The translations under genes were made by a program, and so were the position numbers. A stretch of DNA of 64,000 bases from an uncultured virus (IMG/VR IMGVR_UViG_3300008448_014394) (Duplodnaviria > Heunggongvirae > Uroviricota > Caudoviricetes). Positions within the stretch are counted from its first letter, which is position 1. Every line of letters starts with the position of its first letter. Location of the stretch: the IMG/VR virus record IMGVR_UViG_3300008448_014394. The stretch is one strand, 5' to 3'. This document shows, in pieces, positions 60,201 to 64,000 of the stretch. The notes under the pieces are model-generated. The model saw nothing but the letters and a program-made list of their open reading frames with translations. It was not told the origin of the DNA and searched no databases.

Positions 60201-61046
60201 GTATTTCTCTATATTATATGATGTTCCAAGGTTACCATTGCAGTCAGCTTCTTCGCCATAAGCTATATATGTTATTGATAGCAGCTTGATTACTTTTCTA
60301 TTCTTTAGCGTTATTAAGAATCCATCGAAGCTATTGGATTCAGAATCAATATTGATTACCTCATTCTCTACCGCCACCTGCTGCAAAGAAATAGGGTAAT
60401 ATGGCACAGATCCACTTCTTGGTAGGGGGTTATTTGAAGTGTATTCCAAGACCTCTGTTTTTGGAGATACTCCAGTTGCACTTCTAGATACTCTAATTAT
60501 CTCATATGCATTTTCATTAGCAAGCCTATCGGTAGGTCCTGCAGTCCTTGTTCTTAACTCATCAACAACTTCTTCAGATATGTAATTATTGCTAAGAACT
60601 TCTCCTATTGTTTTTTGTGCAGTATAAAATTCTTCAGCTTGAGCAGATAATATATTTTTTAAATTTGTATTTTCTAGTTGAAAGAGATCTGGAACAAGCT
60701 CAAACATTCTATCTCTAAATGGATTGATATCATCAATTCCCACAAAGAACAGCTCTCTAGAAACAGAGTCGTATGGTATAACTTCTCCCTTTAGAGAGGA
60801 GAATAGGACCTCTTGCGTGTCAACAAATTTTAGAAGATAATAATTACCAGCAACTTGTGGTCTGGTTTTTACAACAGCTACCTTACCCTCTATACTAACA
60901 CCAATAACTTCAAGATCTGATACAGCCCCATTTAAAGATGAAACTTCAAAGTTATCAATAGATATCAGGGATGATAGATCTTGAGTAAAGGTGATCTTTA
61001 ACTCTGTAGTAGATGGTATAGAAAAAGCGACTGGTCTTAGAGACAT
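51210..61046 (-). CDS. giant baseplate wedge-like protein with LamG/concanavalin-like domains
   Basis: 3278 aa; YRDAIKG...KGPT and C-terminal RLKPAHT (wedge/P2 gpI-like); LamG-like EGTLEAWVRP, HHIAASW, EGSIELWVSP and WHRI...MDNIRFS. Confidence 0.7.
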   Translation of the reverse strand: MSLRPVAFSIPSTTELKITFTQDLSSLISIDNFEVSSLNGAVSDLEVIGVSIEGKVAVVKTRPQVAGNYYLLKFVDTQEVLFSSLKGEVIPYDSVSRELFFVGIDDINPFRDRMFELVPDLFQLENTNLKNILSAQAEEFYTAQKTIGEVLSNNYISEEVVDELRTRTAGPTDRLANENAYEIIRVSRSATGVSPKTEVLEYTSNNPLPRSGSVPYYPISLQQVAVENEVINIDSESNSFDGFLITLKNRKVIKLLSITYIAYGEEADCNGNLGTSYNIEKYKYSIKDNFYDQDFAFKFTQLKDNQILLSEFGNIPRPSIVDTFVVSYLYKNTGRNILEDQVLVSRVEQSTNEPIPTNSSRFFLGQAPIVTATNDIPSLNGVTFKVAENYEEKPQAFLKEIKFNISNLPSMLGEYSINYETGEVYVAGAQKVGEGTGQDNVVATYYYRKEFSRDLDYSIYNQDFVATPNRELSNDEAEITIQYEEVFAKDIDYLAKSHIEVMPEFVENRLSQSFRIKTANAPITDVFRILNQTTGEVYNPLFHTATEIAFSGNRSPEVKTEKDEEAIFLNIDNEELAVVGEFIIPAFRAKIISNASNNSIIFSPGIPAELISQNSTNYFFREIKGVNGSATILDANIQYFGDPDSNNLITSASIGNNDVIPPTVNSEVIIGTKGFVINLDKERILNNNLDSIGMITNSSLELSNDNIFKNEKWFESINLTPSLFKTSDGGISRAFVDSKGTKFEENISRLRKVGDYTVDYDHGIIYVAIRKDQEVVVGTAKYSYGDVDTRYKNIITASGAAKKKNSPDDISTAEIIYQKLSNDNNTVSILDLENSLRMYDGVTDAQDPDGNRQIVCDVLEDYTALVPNKITSINSIFKISDLKGANLNSSYQGDRLPEASKEELQLTVKNGGRNLYDVTSVYFEDNVIDFKKRQRKRLNTNGSDFIITIFDATATTFYNAKTVLRDTVAFDDDLNISKLDKLQIADVDIISPGVARVDISTPVSLAGVDTDNDYLIDKNGDRFKIINVNNNLSRIRVEVPAENDATVSRPKLDPVGVSKIVVRASVTIADGKMTINIPGDSGFSAGEMFEITYLTSEMPEIGTAIAVDYRFGFIFLDYTYVADNLVVWYEYGDNTIDWSINDAIEEGEQYFVTYRYGALREALRVNFGSLTNIPFFRSFGVNTDRELYRDAIKGVLQSFPKGPTLPSYKELVKSFTKINPNIQELIFGNWILGRDYLSPGNIDYKGVLNFIEGRFGEGLMFNDDVVVNIPSISSISLDEGTLEAWVRPEWAGINNDATLTFNIDNIGEESFYLRSGSNPFSAENNWDIMPIKNISLAGGSDYTGRSLLLFNYRSDSSKIQGLDVGYFGIYKEQENLDRTVNSKTSAVFKVDMIGANYNELTKAVNSVELEVPCGDEAVSESYFVVGELGPGSFVGGPFPTELSPPANAYNAGSLLVPDGNRTVGLSLNLKHVEGFEFEIEDSDTKSDLLSNFEPPYYVKPCKCYVVNNVSTLEKFNDLKIRVELDAAFSLFTFKNTSNIIDQTPESFILVDELGIFYQVTGFYNSSGKLFTRSIPDDILKVEVKKFGINNTDLATKGRIAINNSEPIGKVKLFAKTAQILSKYNPSKSILGLDFQKEFVINWSNYHKFEINRRPIENIVDIKIDTVTTSMFYTDAILSCNLSLDLDIIDRNFKGHAIGVFTKYALSTIDISRVNGTIYNKFTPKDIHIGGEGWSPSRVPFSINRGDHPKSPVGEPPGAESNGGIFIWFDELCKSPLSEEIGQWIYRVRYNRTTQVPSDVVVSSGGWTNTYDYINTNYNLSGNITTDGEFSSVSRSYREESTNNCDTGIACEATFRYCGNQLLEDFGWSKIDEAETELINVIIGGRETQSGKWVKFGDFNTSISDGIYRLGPSVDYFDCTEEDKVLGNLLYTSNPCPNGDLEYVVSMKVSQYDPSIAGSLIGYFSGLINGNFTGIVPISLTDADLSVKLALGLTVDSQPIVLVVDGTNNSIIEYIPYIWNDGEFHEYRLVKNNETKRVSIYIDNFFVERTPFGQFENPTFDGYQPFEGPNICLYLFDNSISDIYSYHSTYIPNVADIDLIFYSASEVSGTKYLESNDTIISTDSRVDFSFTVDGRDGAGELSYDEYGYEGYADFYGVDEMFITSDRRRYLVDTGVSEGDRRFSIFKDGKGFLNFRIFDDSLKRLGQAGMLNLATNIKHFRPGDLHHIAASWKLNTINNKDEMHLFIDGQEAPNIFKFGGKIPVRLNDKFRDISKEVLYDFLAKDIVFCPQYTDGTVTAGNAIFSSYQAVFTQDMIGRSLIFESSENAPDLVNQEYIIKSVIDSNNVTLGRGDNVEIISFNTSASDIVFKFPPTAGVTAPILTDLRNSRLAIFRTRPNGSIEEMSGVFYTIEFGEVNILKGANVINPKFRANLDTRIIEFVGKNNFCKTVATVQPTDVDIHIRTYGLNLENVKSKLSLSSSSYLNNESNFSGKSVIKNVHAEPVSFEDIKIRRIIVDKTAIQPINPEPKEGLGYYFDFEILLDNSNKYHSVSSEEGNVYKQNLGRFLTLTFDSDNVQFCKYDGYDGYDGYDGYGALLKESFITIHGTTVSGDAYEFFSINKNGSYDTSNLFKTVTKITGRLLVVDPDYMDTAVISLKEKDLLSVSNNGGSRCEVFDYVNDHMILTTFGSSGTYPFELHPGFYDIEFPAYLRLNLPEVGHKLYVGSNFEEEEQFGGIIDQFRIISEMSNDTRVTEAYTAGTRSITDEYNKSNPACADSQTLTLIPFNNPIKMQSRRLRNTKFLDQVNNISYTLSRDKQEALLEVVNNPNLFISQMLNWGYTLDEATRTFYEVHKAGGGPLFNEADFYRNAEEFPKSNKSVNELFKSSGNFTNGKGLLLLNNDGKFRRNEGSIELWVSPVVDTFDDKEFRYYLDIFSGKMERVTSKSSTVIELNNPANKILSVKLLKKTKEFKDLYTPNEAQTIIFDEISRSGISGVLEGGTGSDKDFSIGARLSPDGTKIFLAESLPAQNTDVVITYIPLGSSGDRFSIYKNDRNQLVFLMTAGGIDNIVSIDIDWKKNTWHRILCLYKTNSLYDTMRIFCDGDEGGYILYGTGLTYGTGYYYGQYIQKDGQFKNKEYKIPLSDEFKLISIGSDIFGNKNCRARMDNIRFSKIMRSIVTDPAGNAVDINYSENLNTVFPVVQDNATTFLLDFDADMEKVDRFATVMDPERGIYNFDIEVIDNFDKVIDINDGQIEDLIVELVNRLKPAHTNALVKFTKTKC

Positions 61047-61054
61047 GTTTTACC

Positions 61055-64000
61055 TTAGGTGATTCTAAAATCTTTTCTAGATACGTTTGTAAATGTAATA
61101 GTTCCTGCAACTATTGATTGATTATCTAAAGCCTTTATATAGTTCCTTCTTCCTATCGTTCCGGATTCGTTAAACAAAGATATGTTTGCAGAATCAACGC
61201 CACGTACTGTGGTAACTACATTTATTATATCTGAATAATCTATTGTTGTACCAAGTGCCGCACTATTTAATAGGTTAACTACTGCATTGGAAACATTTTC
61301 AATTACAGTACTTGATTCTGTAGTAAAGTCATCGTTTACAATTATCTCTCCTGATACGTCTACAGATAACAATGGAGCTTCCTTAACCAGAACGTCTGCC
61401 GTTATACATCTTACGTTTTCTAGACCAGAAGTAACATCTATAATCAATTTATTTAAATTATATCTAACTGTAATTCTTTCTCCCTCTACTGGTGCCGTAA
61501 AACTGTAATCAGAATAATAAGAAAACCCTGTACCTGGTTGATTCTGTGATTCTATCTTTAATGATCCAGATAGTGATCCAGCTTGTGTTCTAAAGCCTGA
61601 TGAAACTGAGACTTTGCTTACCCGAGAAAATCTTTTATCTGTAATTACTCTATTATTTCCTGGGAAATATAACTCTTCGAAATCGTTGGAGTTGTAAATT
61701 AAAAGAGAAACTCTTATAATCTCTCCGCTAGAAAATGATAAGGAATTGTTATAGCTAGTGGATGGAAGTATGAATTCTGTATTTGATAAAGAAGAATCTA
61801 TATCTCCGACGCCTAAAGCATATAAATTATTGCTTAGCTTTTGCCCTATTAAATCTGGAATTACCTCTGGATTGTCTACTGAATAAATATAGTCTACTCT
61901 TGCAATTCCAACTGTATCTGGAATTGTATTTATGCCCAATGCAGACTTGATATCTCCAGATAGTTTAAACTTTAATCCATCTGTGCTTACACCAGCAGTT
62001 ACATTTATATCTAGCCTGGTTAGAGTTTCTCCAGCGATCTTGATTTTTCCAGGTCTAGTTGTACCAGAAGTGGTTAAAGATAACCTGGTTGGACCCAGCT
62101 TTTGTGTGCCAGTTATATTTTGATTTTCATCATACTTATAAAATACTGGCTGATTGCTGTCAGTTATAGTGGAAAGATTGGCAGTAAATAATTTATTTGA
62201 TAGTGAAGATCCGCTAATTGGAAATAGTGTAAAGCTGGAGTTTGGCATTAGGGTGATGATTTCAGCAATGTAATCAACATATATATCATCCCCAGTAAGT
62301 TCAAGGGCTTCCACATCCTCTAGTATTGAATTGCTATCCAAAATATCACGAGATGGTAAAGATATAACATTGTTAGCGAATGCACCATCAGTATTTGATA
62401 TATCATACATTTCAATTTTATTATATGTTACAGTAACAGTTGAAGACATATCTACAGGACTATCTGTTGGTAATACTATAGTTCTGGCATAATATGATCC
62501 ATCAGCATTGATAGTATTATATAGCTCTACACCATTGCTATTCTTAACCGATACTATGTTGCTAATTGGAGGATTTGAAGAACTTATTATAATTCCTGGA
62601 ACTAAAACATCTTCATTGTTTTCTACGTTCTGAATTGTTCCGGTTGTATTTACTGCAGTATATACGGAAATTACTCTACTTATATTATTGCTAACTGTAA
62701 CTTGATACTCTAGGCCATCCTCAGTTGCTTCTACCTTAGATGCTTCGCCTGAGATGCCATTGCTAGTTCCCCAGTCTATAGAGTTACTTACATTCTTATC
62801 TACAATTTGTGGCCCAGAAAATTCTCCATTATAATCAATATATTTGTCATAATACAATCTCCAGATATAATTTACTGCAAGGACATCTGCTGGAGAGGGT
62901 AGTGTTTTTCCAGATATAACAATTTCACCAGTAGAATTCAATCCGGTTGCAGTACTTATATTCTGAGAATCTATAACATAAATTTCACCAGTTGTCTTGT
63001 TGGTGACTCTACTTACATTTAGAACTGGAGTATGGTTTAGTTTTAGAATACTTTTATCTGCAGAGCTTATTTTAGAATTTTCTGCAATTATTGATATATC
63101 TTGATATACTTCGCTTATCTTCTTGGAACCAGAGAATCTAAGTGGATCAACGCTATTTAAACCACTTTTGGTTATTGATTCTAGTCTAACCTTCTTTTCA
63201 TTGGCTATAAATCTTATCTTATCAAATCCAAATGGACTTCCACCAGTTTCTGGATTGGTATCTTTTATTAGTTCATAGTTTCCACTTACATTACCATCGG
63301 CGTCTACTGTCTTTCCAACCAAAACACCTGAGCTACTACCTGTTACAGAAATAATTGCATCAACAGGCTGCTGAGGAACTTCTCCAGAATTAAATGCTTT
63401 TATTCTTCTTTCTTCTGAGGTTAGTGTGGGATCTAAGCTTCCTTGCCCTAGAATATAATCATTTCTTTCGTCAGCCGCAGAACCGCTTCCAGACTTATCA
63501 GTATAGACATAAGACTCAACTACCTCTTGTAATTGCTTTCCGAGTATATATAAGTCTACCTTACCACCAGTACCAGACTGTAAGATTCTAAAGCTACCAT
63601 CATTAACTTGTATTGTCTCAGTACCATCTCTAAGCATCAAAGTATTTCCAGGTTCAATAACTATAGCGTCAGTAACTCCAGAGATGCTCAATGCAGCGTT
63701 TCTATATCCGAATGCTGTTCCGGTATTAGAGCCGCTAAAAACAGAAAAAACTCTTGCCCTAAATGCTGAATCGCTTTCTGAGTTAGCTCCACCATTAAAG
63801 GCGTTTAGATTTGTTACCCTGACGGATTCTCTCAGGGTGTGGCCAATTATTTGAAAGTTAGATATATTTCCTGAAGAGCCTGTATTCATTGCCCTCACTG
63901 GTATTTCTATTGCATATGGATCTGTAATGCCTGCTAAGTTTAAACCATTTCTTAATCTATTGGCTGTTGCTGAAAATCTATTTTTCTCTGCAACTGACAT
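61055..64000 (-). CDS. baseplate J-like wedge protein (N-terminus outside window)
   Basis: RAMNTGSSGNI, VTNLNAFNGGANSESDSAFRARV, GTGGKVDLY and C-terminal LGTTIDYSDIINVVTTVRGVD. Confidence 0.82.
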   Translation of the reverse strand: MSVAEKNRFSATANRLRNGLNLAGITDPYAIEIPVRAMNTGSSGNISNFQIIGHTLRESVRVTNLNAFNGGANSESDSAFRARVFSVFSGSNTGTAFGYRNAALSISGVTDAIVIEPGNTLMLRDGTETIQVNDGSFRILQSGTGGKVDLYILGKQLQEVVESYVYTDKSGSGSAADERNDYILGQGSLDPTLTSEERRIKAFNSGEVPQQPVDAIISVTGSSSGVLVGKTVDADGNVSGNYELIKDTNPETGGSPFGFDKIRFIANEKKVRLESITKSGLNSVDPLRFSGSKKISEVYQDISIIAENSKISSADKSILKLNHTPVLNVSRVTNKTTGEIYVIDSQNISTATGLNSTGEIVISGKTLPSPADVLAVNYIWRLYYDKYIDYNGEFSGPQIVDKNVSNSIDWGTSNGISGEASKVEATEDGLEYQVTVSNNISRVISVYTAVNTTGTIQNVENNEDVLVPGIIISSSNPPISNIVSVKNSNGVELYNTINADGSYYARTIVLPTDSPVDMSSTVTVTYNKIEMYDISNTDGAFANNVISLPSRDILDSNSILEDVEALELTGDDIYVDYIAEIITLMPNSSFTLFPISGSSLSNKLFTANLSTITDSNQPVFYKYDENQNITGTQKLGPTRLSLTTSGTTRPGKIKIAGETLTRLDINVTAGVSTDGLKFKLSGDIKSALGINTIPDTVGIARVDYIYSVDNPEVIPDLIGQKLSNNLYALGVGDIDSSLSNTEFILPSTSYNNSLSFSSGEIIRVSLLIYNSNDFEELYFPGNNRVITDKRFSRVSKVSVSSGFRTQAGSLSGSLKIESQNQPGTGFSYYSDYSFTAPVEGERITVRYNLNKLIIDVTSGLENVRCITADVLVKEAPLLSVDVSGEIIVNDDFTTESSTVIENVSNAVVNLLNSAALGTTIDYSDIINVVTTVRGVDSANISLFNESGTIGRRNYIKALDNQSIVAGTITFTNVSRKDFRIT

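Noticed and set aside
1..64000. Stop-codon reassignment as seen in some huge phages
   Set aside because: Conserved genes are full length in the standard code, and TAA, TAG and TGA all terminate genes at expected ends.
1..64000. tRNA/rRNA genes
   Set aside because: Intergenic gaps are short and AT-rich, and no cloverleaf or T-loop pattern was recognised; a tRNAscan-SE run would be needed to exclude them fully.
1..64000. Bacterial chromosome or eukaryotic giant virus origin
   Set aside because: Housekeeping-like genes are interleaved with baseplate genes and orphan ORFs in a one-strand phage-like layout. Shine-Dalgarno sites and intrinsic terminators indicate a prokaryotic host.

Overview
This window is best read as a segment of a large (jumbo/huge) myovirus-like bacteriophage genome. 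It is AT-rich and densely coding, uses the standard bacterial code with Shine-Dalgarno motifs, and has every credible gene but one on the minus strand. In transcription order (right to left) it holds: very large baseplate/tail structural genes (partial baseplate J-like, a 3278-aa LamG/wedge-like protein, a 1521-aa protein with a dockerin-like pair); a ~15-kb glycosylation region (11 glycosyltransferase-like genes, 3 methyltransferases, UDP-sugar dehydrogenase and epimerase, no flippase/polymerase); thioredoxin; a tubulin/FtsZ-family GTPase; a replication module (SF2 helicase, Ung, an Hfq/Sm-like protein, DnaC-like loader, DnaB helicase); a complete PrkA(YeaG)-YhbH(YeaH)-SpoVR triad; class I ribonucleotide reductase followed by a nuclease-GNAT fusion; PIN-PhoH; a lone plus-strand trypsin-like protease; two paralogous virion-type proteins, one with nested beta-helix-like tandem repeats; a metallopeptidase; dUTPase; topoisomerase IA; and a Nudix hydrolase. 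The best candidates for something new are a cytoplasmic glycosylation system next to DGY-motif-bearing virion proteins and the phage-borne PrkA/YhbH/SpoVR module. All family assignments come from motif recognition by eye; no database searches were run.
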